Assembly (NCBI GenBank): GCA_013239625.1
Contig: MU053754.1
Location: 1,283,966 to 1,347,965, forward strand
Reading direction: 5' to 3'
DNA from: Lama guanicoe
Taxonomy: Eukaryota
Length of the DNA: 64,000 bases
Below the pieces are notes generated by a model. That model ran no database searches and was not told the DNA's origin. It saw only the letters and a list, made by a program, of their open reading frames with translations. Below, in pieces: positions 47,374 through 60,999 of this stretch; the stretch's first letter is position 1; each line of letters begins with the position of its first letter. Both the position numbers and the translations under genes were made by a program.

Positions 47374-49911
47374 AACTTCAAGGGGCAGCTCAATAATTCA
47401 AACATTCATCTCACTGGCCCCCAAAGGGAAAACCATAATGCAATTGATTTTTCAAGCACTTGTTCATTCCTCATTTATTTGTTCATTCATGGATTTGTTT
47501 CTGCACTGAATCTAACTGAGATTTCCCCCATCAGGGTGCCACAGAGCCTTTCTAAGCATTTCTTCCCCTTTTTTCCTCCAAGAGGTTCCTAGGAGGTGAG
47601 ATAAGTCGGCTCCTTATCCAGAGGATAATCAACAGCTTAGTCAGGCAGGGTTCCAGCAGTGCGGTTGGGCGATTTCCTCTTTTTTTTTTTTTTAAGAGAG
47701 AGAACAGATTCACGCAATAAAGTATCTCAGCAGGGTTTCTGCTTTATTTGGGTCACTCTTCAATTTCAGGAGAACCGTGACCACATGACATCACCCGAAC
47801 GAAAGGGAACTGAACGTAAGATCCTTAACTAGCACTGAACTTGCTCCCCACACAAGGGCTAAGTCCTCCAAGAGGATGGGTCCCAGCGTCACGGGGCAGA
47901 GTCCGTTCCAGACGCACAAAGCAGGCAGCAGAGCAGCGTCTTGCAGACATGGTGCACACCAGGGCCACTGGGAGAGCCTGTTACCATGTGGACCCCCAGG
48001 CCCCCTCGGGGTGCCCAGGCAGTGAGCACACGTGGAAGAGGTAGGTCTACACTGACCCCAGTGTCAACTGAAAAGACTCGCAGGTCAGGACCAGTCGTCC
48101 ACGAAGCTTCTCAGCTTCCCAACCAGCTTCTTCCAAGTGTGCCCTCCAGGCTCTGAACTGCTTCTTCCCGATTCCCCTCCTGGGTTTTGCTGTGCGCCAT
48201 GTGGCCTGAAACGGAAACCCTGGGGTGGGGTGAGGTGCAGGGCACCTTGAGACAAGGAACACGAAGCAGGACGGGTGAAAAATGGAGCCAGTGGAGCACT
48301 TCTGTTTGTGGAAACGTAACTCTAGTGTGATGGTTGTTGGTCACCCCGTCCATAAGGCATCTCCTTGGGCACAGATGTCTTGATTTTTAGGTCTGTGGAC
48401 CCACATCTTCATAAAACTGGGGAGCAGGTGTTGTCGAAGTGTCTGTAAAGCACAACGCTGAAGAGATGACATCAGAAATTATCTGTCCACCTCCAGGTAA
48501 GCAGAATCAGCCTGTGTGCTTATCACATTTGGAGCAGGAGGCTGTGAAGTCAGTGGTGTGTCCTGGAGGTAACTGCATCAGCAATTATTCTCTGCAGGCA
48601 GGACCGGTCCATTTTATGTGCGATGGTGCCTCGTAAATCAGTGACTAAAGCGATGACGGACATACCACAGCAGACGAACTTACAGCAAGTAGCCCTTGGA
48701 CCAGGGTTGTCTGTGGTAGCTCAGCAAAATATCTTATCTCAATCTGAGCCCCAAACTTGTAGGGTTTATTATGTCTACTACCTTAAGTTGTCAAGGGGCA
48801 GATCTACCTATTAGAACAAGTACATACCTGGGAGTTTTACTGAGTAACAGAACATTTCATACTTCTCAGTTCGACATTTACTAATCCATCCTCACAAAGA
48901 TATTATGAAAAGCAATTAATTTAACATCTGTGGACCGTGGAGGAGCTGAAAATGCACCACAGACAGATGTGGAATGGGCTTCCAATGCCCTCACTTGGTC
49001 AACTCAGTTACAGAAGTTCACAGTAACAACTGGCTGGGTTTTAGAGAGTTCATATTTTCAGTTTCCCTCCTTCAATGAGTTTGTTATTGAAGTATCTACT
49101 ATACCTCCATTGTCCATTCTAAATGAGAGATGCAATGGCCCATGGTTTCTTCAGGGAAGGTCAAATAACCAACCTTTTCATGTACTGAATAACTTTAGCT
49201 TCTAACTTCTCAGAGAGCTGACAAACGCTCTTTGTCCCTGGCTTATGAGAGGAATGTTTTTCAAACCTGGAGTGTCACCCCTGATGCATCCTCTCTGATG
49301 ACCTGGCAGGTGGAAGGTCACAGGGACATCAACCCATGGAAGTACCATGTGAAGAACACAAGCCACTGATTTACTCAGCAGTGTGAACTCTGAGTGGGGA
49401 TGCTGGGCGGGGAAGGAAACAGGAAGACACCTCAGGGGTAGCTGGACAACTCATTCTTCCATCCATCCAGTCCCACCCACTCCCAACCACTCTCCCACGT
49501 CAAGTGAGAAATAATGGGCCAAGTTCCTTACATTTTTAGATGGCTATTCCTGTGCCTTGACTTTGGCTGGGTCAAGACAAAAATCAGCATGGATCAGAGA
49601 AAGAAAGAATCACTTAGGGTGATGGGAAATGCTATCTAGCATTGCACAATAAATGGAATGAAAGCAAAACGAATGGTAACAAATGAAGATGTCTCTGAAA
49701 TATCCAGACAAGGAGGTTCCTCTTTGCTTAATATAAGCGGCATACTTCTCCAAAGCCTTTACCTCCTGTGAACCCTGTAACAAGTCGGTGAGATGGAAGA
49801 TTTACTCAAGGGCACACAACCATCAACTGGGACTAGAGGGAGGAACACAAACCACAGCCCTCTGAACTCCAGGCCCCCATTCATTTCCCACTGATCCATG
49901 GGATATTTCTC

Positions 49912-49973
49912 GATCTATCTGTCCATCTGTCTATCTTTCTACCTGTCTACCTATCTATCCATTCACCTATCTA
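49912..49973 (+). repeat. Degenerate (TCTA/TCCA)n tetranucleotide repeat
   Basis: Direct reading. Confidence 0.8.
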
Positions 49974-51997
49974 TGTTAGCCAGTATTGGATATCGCTACC
50001 TGGAATAGGCAGAGATGTAAAACATCACACTTCTTAGGATGGACATATCATAAACCAAGCATGCACAGGTAGAATCTAGAATGGACCAAAGTTAGTACTT
50101 CCTGTCTTCTCTTTATATCTGTACTATAAATTGAGGGAGATGTCCAGCCTGGGTTTAAAAAGAACTCTGACCTTAGACATCAGGTAATATATGAGGACGA
50201 AAAAAAATCAAGACTTTTTAAAATGATTCTTGACTAGTATTTGGTACAATTGAATTTATTTCCAATTTGGCCAAAAACTAGCTTCAAGATTTTGGCCAAG
50301 TTACATAAAGTCTCTGGACCCCAACTTCCTCTTCACAAAACAAGGGTGTCACGTTAGGTTAGTCCTAAACATCGTGTTCTAAAATACTTGGAAGCTTTAC
50401 AGAAATGTAATTTCTATAGCTCTGTATTAGCGTCACTGGACCCTCTCTTTGGCAAAGGCTTAATGATCTTGACCACCCTCCTGACATTAGTAAAAGCTAA
50501 CAGAATTTGCAAAATAACCCAGAAGTTTCAAAAAAAAAAAGAAAGAAAGAAAAACTGGTCATTAGGACCACTATTATATAACCATAGTTAAAAAATGAAA
50601 CCACACAGGGAGAATTTTCTTTGGGACATAATGACACATAATTTCATAAAATTATACAAATACATCAATTGGCACACAATAAAAATCAAACAATACTTAT
50701 ATAATTTTCTAATAGTGCCCCTTTTGCTAAAAAATTTTTTTCATTTATAATATTTCTTCAAAAAAGCATCTCCAAAATTTATTCTTATAACCACTTACCA
50801 AGAAATTATGAAAAAAGATAAATCACTTTGATTCATTTGAATAACCCCAATTCTTATGGCAGTTTCTTAAAAAAAACTGCATATTCACACTTGCTCCGGA
50901 AATCATTTACGATGTCTTTCTGAAGTCACTGCATTTAGAGGCGAAGCCTGTCCACTGCAGCAGTCTTAAATGGAGTTTCAAAAGACATTGTCACACGTCT
51001 AGGTGTGAAAAAATGCCTTGGGTCTTTTAAGGAGCCCTGAACGCCGCGCGGCACTTTCTCAAGGCATACAAATCGAGTACTCAAAACGTGTGTCTCCTGA
51101 CTAATGCCAATTCCCATCTCCTGCTCTGTCTCCCTTTTACGTTTAACACGGTGCCTGACCTTCAGACACTTCGACTCTAATGTAGGAGACAAAACGCATA
51201 CATATGAAATAATCAGAGCACAATTAAGAGATCAAGGTCACATGGCTGTAAGTACAAAGGTCTGCAAAGAAGGGAGAGGGGCTGAATGCTTAAACAGCTA
51301 AAGAGAGGACTGAGTCCCTGAGGGAGGTGAGACAAAGCAGCCCAAAGCCATGACTCAAGAATGAACGCAGCTTGCAAGAACGACAGTGCAGAGCCTGAAG
51401 ACGAGACTGAATGTGGAAATGGTGGGATACAGGATTGCAGAAGATGGTGAAGGTGGGGGGCAAGTCATACTCGACCTTAATGACTGACCTATATTTTTAG
51501 AGGTAGACATTGCATTTTTATCTTCACCTTCCAAAAAGGGTAGGATACTGTATTTCCCAAGGCACAAACCTTGTCCAGTAGGAAATGGAAGATGAACTGC
51601 TCCTCCTTTGCCCACTCCACGGACTACTCAAGGTGGAATTCCCGCTTGCAGATCTGTCACGTAAGTCCCGCATGCCCTGGAAACACAGTCACAGAGACTC
51701 GACGTGCTTTTTTTGTGGCTTATCATGAAACAGCAGTTAGCATGACTAAACAGCATACCCTACTGGTTCACAACTTTTCTTTCTTCACTTTTTTCTCCTC
51801 ATCCTCAGGCCCCAGGCTTACATCTTCCCCAACCATCATCCTCCAATCGATGCTTTAATATTTATCATTAACACAGTTTCTTTCCACCTCTACGCCCCCT
51901 TAATAGGGTGGGAAGTCATCTTAGAGTTGACAGTGAATAGATATCATCTAAAGTTGATAAATCATTATGTGGAGGTTTATTATGTTATTTAAACTAC

Positions 51998-52230
51998 ACC
52001 AAGGAGGCGGGAAGGGACACACTGGGATTTCACAATGTAGAATAGATAAACAAGATTGTACTTTGTAGCACAGGGAAATATATACAGGATCTTGTGGTGG
52101 CTCACAGAGAAAGAGAATGTGACAATGAATATATGTATGTGCATGTATAACTGAAAAATTGTGCCCTATACTGGAATTTGACACAACACTGTAAAATGAC
52201 TATAACTCAATAAAAAATGTTATAAAAAAA
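51998..52230 (+). mobile_element. Young camelid-type L1 3' stub (about 233 bp)
   Basis: gtagcacagggaaatatatacagg...gtataactgaaaaattgtgccctatactggaatttgacacaac; TSD taaactac (51990-51997 / 52231-52238). Confidence 0.92.
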
Positions 52231-52299
52231 TAAACTACCAACAGTTATCAGAAGTAATATATAGCCTTAAAAGTCTATATAATCATAAAGAGCATACAT

Positions 52300-52780
52300 A
52301 AAGCATACACATCATATGTCAAAAATAAAGACAAAATTATGAAAAGCAATCATAACATACCATAAAGTAACAGAACTGAGATCACTATTGGTGAATTGAT
52401 TTACCAGTAAATAAAAATGGAATAACTCACATACTAAAAGGAATGGACTTCCAACTTGGACCAAAATAAAAAACCTAAGTACAAGCTGTATGTAAGAATG
52501 CAAGTAAAGAAAAATTATATTCATACAAAGACATGTCAGAAAATGCAAAGAAAAAGAAAGTATGGATATGTATATTTATATCTCACAAATTTAAAATAAA
52601 TGCTGAAGAAAATAAACCACTGACAAAGCACATTAAACAACAGAAGGCACAATCACTGCAACAATCTGACATGAATCACTTTGTGCTTCACATAGCAACA
52701 GCACGCTCAAATGAAAGCCTGCAGGAAATAAAACAAATCAAGTGAAAGTCAACAGTGACATGAGACCTTGATCCTTGTCT
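52300..52780 (+). mobile_element. Ancient L1 ORF2 N-terminal (endonuclease) region, decayed
   Basis: A-rich; taaataaaaatggaataactcac...aacctaagtacaagctgtatgtaagaa...aaatgcaaagaaaaagaaagt. Confidence 0.55.
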
Positions 52781-53908
52781 GTCCTGGAGAGACCAAACAC
52801 TGGTATATTTCCTTTAGTGCCATCTGTACAGCAGTGGCATCTTAAATTGCTCTTTTGGCACTATAGTAGAGTGAACATTTTCTTTCACTTCGCATCAGTG
52901 AACTCTTACTACCCTCTATAGACATACTCACTCAGTCATCACTATATTCTACTCCAGTTGTGGTTTCCCAAAAGGACTAGAAAGTTGGGGAGAAGTCTAC
53001 ATACACGGCCACAAGTGAATGTACGTTATGTCATGTTTGCTGACTATGTTTTCTTTCGGAGGGGAATCAGCACTAAATAGTCTTCAAAAGAACCTTCATA
53101 ACGTGAGAGAAATTTTCACATGCTGTTTCTCCCTCAGTATTAATAAAGCATAGAAGGCAGTGTTCCACTGTGATGCGTTTGAAGCATAATAGCGTTGTGT
53201 TGGAGAAGAGACCAAGAAAATGCTGCACAAGGGAGCCACAGAAAAGCCACATTAGAGAAGTCCCACACCATTTTGAACCCCTGCTCTAGAAGCTGCAGAA
53301 AGAGTTCAGTCCTAGTATGTGATACTGCACTGAACACCTGGCTACCTTTCCTCCGGACCTCAAACCATACACTTCTCTTACTTTTCTCCACAGTCCTTAG
53401 AATTAAACTTTTTAGCAACTTCTCACTGAAAACTTTAAGAGTGCTTCAAAATTATTGCGTGTGTGTGTGTGTGTATTTATAAAATGGTTACATCAAAACC
53501 TAAAGCTGGACACAGAATTAGAAGGAATATCACTAGCCTAGTTCAAAAATCTACAGAGAATCTATATATTCCTTATATTTTCTATGTTTTATATAATTCA
53601 TTAGTAAATTCTGAAATGAACACTTTTCTAATAAGAATAGGTACATAATGCTTCATCATTTACTTGATTTTTATGTACAAACCAGCACTTGTTTTCTTAA
53701 ACCAATCTAATTGGAAATTTATTAAAGAATTAAAGGGGAAATTAAATTAAAACATAATTAAAGGGAAATTATTATGTCCAGATATAGAAAATCAGAGGTA
53801 CAAGGATATAGTCACCAGACCTATTAGTGGGGAGTGAGAGGGGTCTCTGAAAATAATGTCCCAGACCAATGGCTTAGTTCCTTTTTAATACACAAACTTC
53901 CTAGATTG

Positions 53909-54829
53909 CAAGCAATTCTCCAAGGAAGAAATACAAATGATCAATAGGCACATGAAAAAATGCTCAATATCACTAATTATCAGAGAAATGCAAATCAAAA
54001 CTACAATGAGGTATCACCTCACACTAGTCAGAATGGCCATCATTTAAAAGGCCACAAATGACAAATGCTGGAGAGGCTGTGGAGAAAGGGGAACCCTCCT
54101 ACATTGCTCGTGGGAATGCAGTTTGGTGCAGCCACTGTAGAAAACAGTATGGAGATTCCTCAAAAGACTAAGAATAGACTTAACATATGACCCAGGAATC
54201 CCACTCCTGGGCATATATCCAGAAGGAACCCTACTTCAAAAAGACACCTGCACCCCAGTGTTCATAGCAGCACTATTTACAATAGCTGAGACATGGAAAT
54301 AGCCTCAATGTCCATCAACAGATGACTGGATAAAGAAGAGGTGGTATATTTATACAACAGAATACTATTCAGCCATAAAAAACAATAACATAACGCCACT
54401 GTAGCAACATGGATGCCCCTGGAGAATGTCATTCTAAGTAAGCCAGAAAGAGAAAGAAAAATACTATATGAGATTGTTCATATGTGGAATCTGAAAAAAA
54501 AAAAAAGAACACAACTACAAAACAGAAACAGACTCACATACATAGAATACAAACTTGTGGTTGCCAAGGGGGAGGGGGGTAAAAAGGGATAGACTGGGAG
54601 TTCGAAATTTGTAGATACTGACAGGCATATGTAGACTAGGCAAACAAGATTATACTGTATAGCACAGGGAAATATATACAAAATCTTGTGGTAGCTCACA
54701 GCGAAAAAGAATGCAACAATAAATATATGTATGTTCATGTATAACTGAAAAATTGTGCTCTACACTGGAAATTGACACAACATTATAAAATGGCTATAAC
54801 TCAAAAAACAAAACAAAACAAAACAAAAA
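53909..54829 (+). mobile_element. Camelid-type L1 3' end (about 920 bp): ORF2 C-terminal zinc knuckle (pseudo) plus 3'UTR and (AAAAC)n tail
   Basis: Translates [68 protein letters not shown], the L1 ORF2p CCHC motif with an in-frame stop. Confidence 0.96.
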
Positions 54830-57649
54830 CTCATATCTTCTCAGGGGGAAAACAAAAAAAAGAAAGGAAGACCAACATTTTCCAAATGCCAAACCCCAAG
54901 ACTTCCACATTATGACTTCAAACAACATTTCAGTTTGTCACATGGTTCCCCTTTTATTTGACTGATCGCCAGGAAAACCAGACTTTTCCTTCATATGTCC
55001 CTGATATCATTAATATTTCATCCCAGGCTGACAGAATTCCACCCAAATTTCAAACTCACCTCAAATGTTTCCTCTCAGTGCACTGTTCCCTGATGCTTTT
55101 AAATGTATGAGACACTTTTCCTCATTCAAACCCACTGAGAGCTTTTGTCTGTCATGGGAAATCTGCCTTATATTCTGGTTGTTTGGAAAGTCATCTCCCC
55201 CAAGAATCTATACCTTAAGGTTAGGGACAGATTCACACACATCTGTATGACATGGAGGACTCACTGTACACTGACTACATTAAATCAAGCAAAACCGAAA
55301 GAAACGGAGCTTTTTATCTTAAAGTAACTCTTCAAAATTGAAGAAAATATCATGAAAAGGCCCCAAATCAGACAGTACTTGAACTTGAGTAGTTCTGCTA
55401 AGTGGCATTTTTGAGTCCTAAATGCTGTACTCTACCCTTATGAAAGACAAGACTGCAACTGCCATGCCTCCCAGAGAGACATCGGTAGGTGATTCTGACC
55501 CGTTAGGGTTTTGCTGTTGTTGTTGTGGTCTCAGAACATAGAAATAAGTTCATAGTTTGCACAGTAAGGCCAGCTCCTTTCTAAATTTTCTGTAGACGAC
55601 ACTGGCATGCCCATTTTACATTAGTTAACATCCTTATTTCATCTCTATATGTATCCACAATTCTTTCTTAACTCTGATGGGTTTCTGGGGTGCTCTTCTC
55701 CCTGCACAGCTGCAGGTCACTACAGAGAGTAGAATTTGGAAATCAAAAAAAGGTCTTTGTCAAGAGAAACTACAAAGTGCTAGAAATTATATGAAATAAT
55801 ATAAATAAATGGCAACTCAACCACCATGAGTGGCACTGCTCTAGTCGACATGATTTCTCAAAATGGTGATACTCTTTGTAAACTCACAAATAAAACAATG
55901 TAAGGTCTACCCTCAAATTACATAAGAATTGCAATCTGGAAAAATCCAAAGTATATTAAAATTGTGTGGAAAAATTTCCTTTACACATAAAATTGTGTAA
56001 TTCTAGCTTCAGGCAATTATATATTGTGGGGGTTTTGTTTGTTTTTTTTCTTGTTTGTTTGCTTTTCTTAACTTATTTGGATGTCAAAATGAAATCTGGA
56101 GTATCATGCTGTATTGTTCCAGGTATTTGCTGGGCTCACGTCACCCACCATCAGATGCAGTATGACCGTCCAATTATCACTATGGTACACCGCTACTCCA
56201 TAAATAGCCAAAACTTTCCTGGGGGCGAACCACCAAGCTCAATTACAATTCACTGCCATGTAAGGTGTTAAATATTTCAGTTTGGTGTAAAAACCTTTCT
56301 GGCTGGAAGAAACTCTTCAATGACCTGACTCATGTATAAAGGTTAAATAGCAGGAGAATGGTGGTTATTTATTTCCAAAGCATTACACACACTGGGCTCT
56401 GATAAACATGCTTGGTGCATCACAGTCAATTAGAAAGCCATCCAGTGTGAACAAGTTTCTGACTTTGAGAAATGCCACTGGCATCTGATAAACAGACAGC
56501 ACAGATTGGAGTCCTGAGCAGTACAGCTGTCTGCGAGCTACATTCTCCTTCAGATACCAAATGCAATTCCAACTGCCTGCAAAAGGCTAGAGTTCAAAGG
56601 AGCTGCCCATTCTTTGGCATTAAAAATGTATTCTATTTTCCTCATGCAGCAGGATTTCTTGTGACCCCAGCACAATCTTGTGTAGCTCAAAGGTAAGGAA
56701 CAGCCCACCACATGTCACAGATCTCACCATGAACTCTCTGTATGGATGGGACAGTAGGCACATTTGCATAAGAATGAACAGATCGAACTAAAAGTTGCTT
56801 CTTTAGCATGTTGTCAGACTTTAGTTTGACCTATGCTTAGGGAAAGCATCTCTGCTATAAAGAACCTACTTGCTATTGTGACACAAAGCTAGTGCGTGGA
56901 AAGGGAAGATGTCAAGGTATGCGTTGTAAAGTTATACAGTAGGGAGTTTTGAATTCCAAGCTATTTGGAGTATTTCTAACATTGTAGCAGGGAACGGTAA
57001 CTCTATGCAATCGAACAAGAAGGAAAGAGGACTTTTGAAAGTATCTAGTGAAATTCAAAATTCAACTAAAACAGTTTGTTACTTTGAGATGACAGAGGCA
57101 AAATTATGGATTGGTATGTATTTCAGCAGTTTTTAATCAGCATTAAGAATACACGTCTAATTAACGTGTTGATCTTAACTACCTTCTACAGAAAACTAGT
57201 AAAATTTGTTATGTCAGAGTATTGAAAATTGTGTCATTTCTCACATGGTCCAGGAGCAGCTTGTTAATAGAGTGTAGGGTATTTCCCTATGTGAAGTACA
57301 GAATATATTTTTATGTAAATATTGTCCTTTTTTCCTGGTTGATAATAAAGGTATCTATGTACCAGTATTAGGTATCCTTAGAACAGCTGTTTTCATCTAT
57401 AAAGTATAGAATCATTATCTCACCATAATTTAACATGAAAAGTAAATTAGAAGTTTAATTAATTTGTGGTCAGTTGAGATAATCTAAAACAAATACCCTT
57501 ATTTATTACCTCATTAATAAAAGTTGGACTGGGTTTGGCTTTATTGAATGAAACAGTGCTTTTTGTTTGTCTGGAAAATTATCTAATTATCCTTACTCAT
57601 CACATGACATTACCTTTGAAGATTACCTAAACATTCTACATTTTTTTCT

Positions 57650-58040
57650 CCACTAAGATGAAATACTGAACATTACTAACCAAGTTGAATGAATGGACAC
57701 ATATAGAAGACATATACACAAATGACATCTGAATAATACACATTTTTTTTCCAAGGGCATTTGGAACATTCACTAGGATAGACCATAAGACAAGTCAAAA
57801 GCAACTGGAATCATACAGACGATGTTCTCAAAACAGAATGAAATTAAAATAGAAGTCAGTCAAAAAACAAGATAAATATATTTCCAAACATTTTTAAATC
57901 CAGCAACACACATTTAAAAGAAACCCAAATGCAAAAGACGAAATGACAACTAACATTATAAAATATTTTGAAGGGAATATTAGTGAAAATAAAACGTATC
58001 GATTTTGTGGGATTCAGCCCAAACAGTGCTCAGAGGGAAC
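57650..58040 (+). mobile_element. Ancient L1 ORF2 fragment
   Basis: aatggacacatatagaa...acatttttttttccaagggcatttggaacattcactaggatagaccat...tgtgggattcagcccaaacagtgctcagaggga. Confidence 0.75.
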
Positions 58041-60999
58041 AAATACGCAGCATCATTGAATGAAAGTTCCCTGTCAATTTTCTCCACCAAGCCAACACTG
58101 CATCCTCACTCTCTGTCTTTTAGGGAGAATACTATTGTCCCTTGAATGCAATTAACATAAAAGCACATATTTTTTTCTCCCTTATGCATAATATTATGCC
58201 CTTCATACAGACTTCTAATGTGCATCTTGTGGCTATGGAATTGTCTAGCTGTGTTTTGCTATTGTTCATGTATCTTTAGATCTTTACTGTCATTTTATCA
58301 TCCTTCATTCTACCAAAAGCTGGGTTTTGTTTTTCTTTCTTTCTTCCTCCACTTGATTGATTGCTTAAGGAACAAAATCTGACAGGTAATCTGATTAAAA
58401 TGCCAACACTCACATATCCCATCTTCTTCAGATGTGCTGAGAAAACATCTCTTATATTAACAAGTCATTCATTGTGCACCCTTGTGTATAACCCACCCCA
58501 CAGCATAGAAAGTAAGACTCTTAGGGAGACCAAAAGGACAGTCATCTCTGAATTCCCACCCCATCAGAGCCTCAGATAATGGATGGAATTTATGCAATCC
58601 TTCTCCTGAAGAATTATAAGTAGGATAATAAAAGCCTTGGTTGGTTCACACCATTTCCTACATTTTTGGTGACAGGACTGGCCCAATGTTTGAGGTGAGT
58701 CGAGATCTTCAACTTTCACCCATCCAGCATAAAACAAAACTCACTAGCTCCCATTCCAGGGGCCCTAACCTAACTGAGTAGTCTCTGTGCAAGGAGATCA
58801 AGCATCCACGTACGAAGCAACAGCAAATGCCAAGCTGTCACTGCTGGATGAGACCCTGGAGAAGTATGAGTTCACTGAGCTTCACCCTGCACTCTGAAAG
58901 CCCCCAGGATTTCTGAGGAGCTTCTCAGGGGTGCTGCAGGAGACTGGAGCACAAGAGAATGAGCACCACCACCACCTGTGCCCAATCATCCGGCTTCATG
59001 CAGAGCTAGCCTTGGTTTCCACACAGAGCTTTGGAGTAAGACTGTGCCTGAGAACAAGTATTCTACACCCAGCCAGACACCGTGGAGCAGAGAGTCCACT
59101 GATGTGCCCAAGGCCACCCAGTTGATTAAAGACCAATCCAGAACAAGTATCCACATTTCCCAATATAGCAGGCTGACTTTCTCTACCAACACAGGATTTA
59201 AGAAATGCTCTGAGGCTTCCTTCTCCACAAACTCTCACCATCACCACTCATTTCCCACCAAATAGTTGAAGTTTAGGGGGTGGGGGCGGGCAGAGCGAGG
59301 GTTAAGATACAGTCTTAAGAAAGAATCTGTCAAAATGCAGATATATTACCAGCAATGGGCTCTGAACTCAGTGATACAGTCAAACTGCAGATATGTTACC
59401 AGTTTGCAAACCTGGTCCTTGATGTCGATGAGGAACAGCAATGGAGGTAGTGAGGAAGAACCACCCTCCCCGCCTCCTAGGCATCCAGAGGAATTCTCCT
59501 TCAGATGCTGAACACCCAGGCAAGGCCCTGAGATCTTGGGAAGTGGAGAACTCCTCATTCCCCTCCTGACACGCTTCCCTCACAGAACACCACAGTGATA
59601 CAGAAGTGAAAGACCCGCATTTTAAATTACCTGCTGCTCACTTCCATCTTCACAGTATGTAAGGTGTCTGTGGCAGAGCATGAGTGGAAGTGAGCGTGTG
59701 GGGGCACACGTGTGCTTGCGTGCGTGTGTAAAGTCCCAGCCGTGTACACGTTACATGCCTCCCCTCTGCCACTCTTTTCTTTGACACCCAGATAAATGTG
59801 CAGCCCATTTCTGTGGGAACTTCACGTTGCTATCGAATATTTCTTCAGATTCTGGGGCTGAGGCTGAGAATCTCTGGGCTGTCCACTAGCATCTCTTACT
59901 CTGAGCTCTTGCCCACCTGCTTTCACAGTATCTGGACCCTCCTCCTACCTGCTGTCCTTGCTGCCCTCTCCACCCAGAGCCCACTCCTCCTTTTCCTAAA
60001 GCACCTAACCCAATCCTACCAAACTAGCACACTTGGCCAAGGACCTGGATAAAAGGGGGATGGCGGCACAGAGTGAAAAATTACTGAAAACTGAGTATCA
60101 GGTTCCATATTAAAAGTCCATCAGCCTTTCTTGCACAGAGAATTCCTTATTAATTTCCCATATTTCTGGAGCCTGCCTTTCCTTACTCTATAAAAAATCG
60201 TTCATTCACCCAACAATTAGTTGTCAAAACCTTACTTATTTACCAGGCATGGGGCTCGGTACAAGAGATTCAGCAGTAAAGAAAATAAACTCTGCCATTA
60301 TGAAATTACTTCCTCTGCATCCATCCCTTCTTTTTTGAGCCCTGGACTCCGAAAGCCCGTGGATCAAAAGAGACAATGGAAAATTCATGTTGCCCAACTA
60401 TGCTTTATTTTAACCTCCCATTGTCTTAACCTCCTCCTTTCAACCTTTATAACCAAAAGAACAATTACGGTGTTTTCCTAAACAAAAGAGCAGCTTTCAT
60501 CTTCATATGAATTCTGCCTCCTCTCTAGAATGAAGAAATGGTTCTAGTCTAATTTTTAAAACAATGTTTCCTTCTCTTTACCTTTGCCATTTCAAAATTC
60601 CACTTAATTGAAACCATTCCTCTGTTATAATATCACCAATGTATAATGATAATAGTATAAAATCTGCCTCTTTATGTTATGAGAACTAGATGTCCCACAA
60701 AACATTTAAATACAAGCACTTAACAATATTTCTGGGAAAAACTAGCTGAAATTCGTATGTATTTGAATCTAGACTACACAAATTCAGAAGTGTAACTTAG
60801 ATTATTGACCAAGCGTATGTTTAAATGGTTATTTCATGTTCACAGTCAATAAAAAACATTATAACAAGCCAGCAAAGGGAATAGAAATAATACATGTATT
60901 ACTCCAACACTCCCATGTTGAATATTTGCTATCCATATGATACTGTCACATGTTTTAGAGAAACAAGAGGGAAAAGTACCCTAGACTCCTTTATTTATA

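Noticed and set aside
53909..54450. Functional L1 ORF2
   Set aside because: Only the C-terminal part is present and it has an in-frame stop; non-autonomous relic
58793..58897. Protein-like peptide GDQASTYEATANAKLSLLDETLEKYEFTELHPAL* on the + strand
   Set aside because: Weak acceptor, no recognised homologue and no linked exons; a BLASTP hit would be needed to revive it
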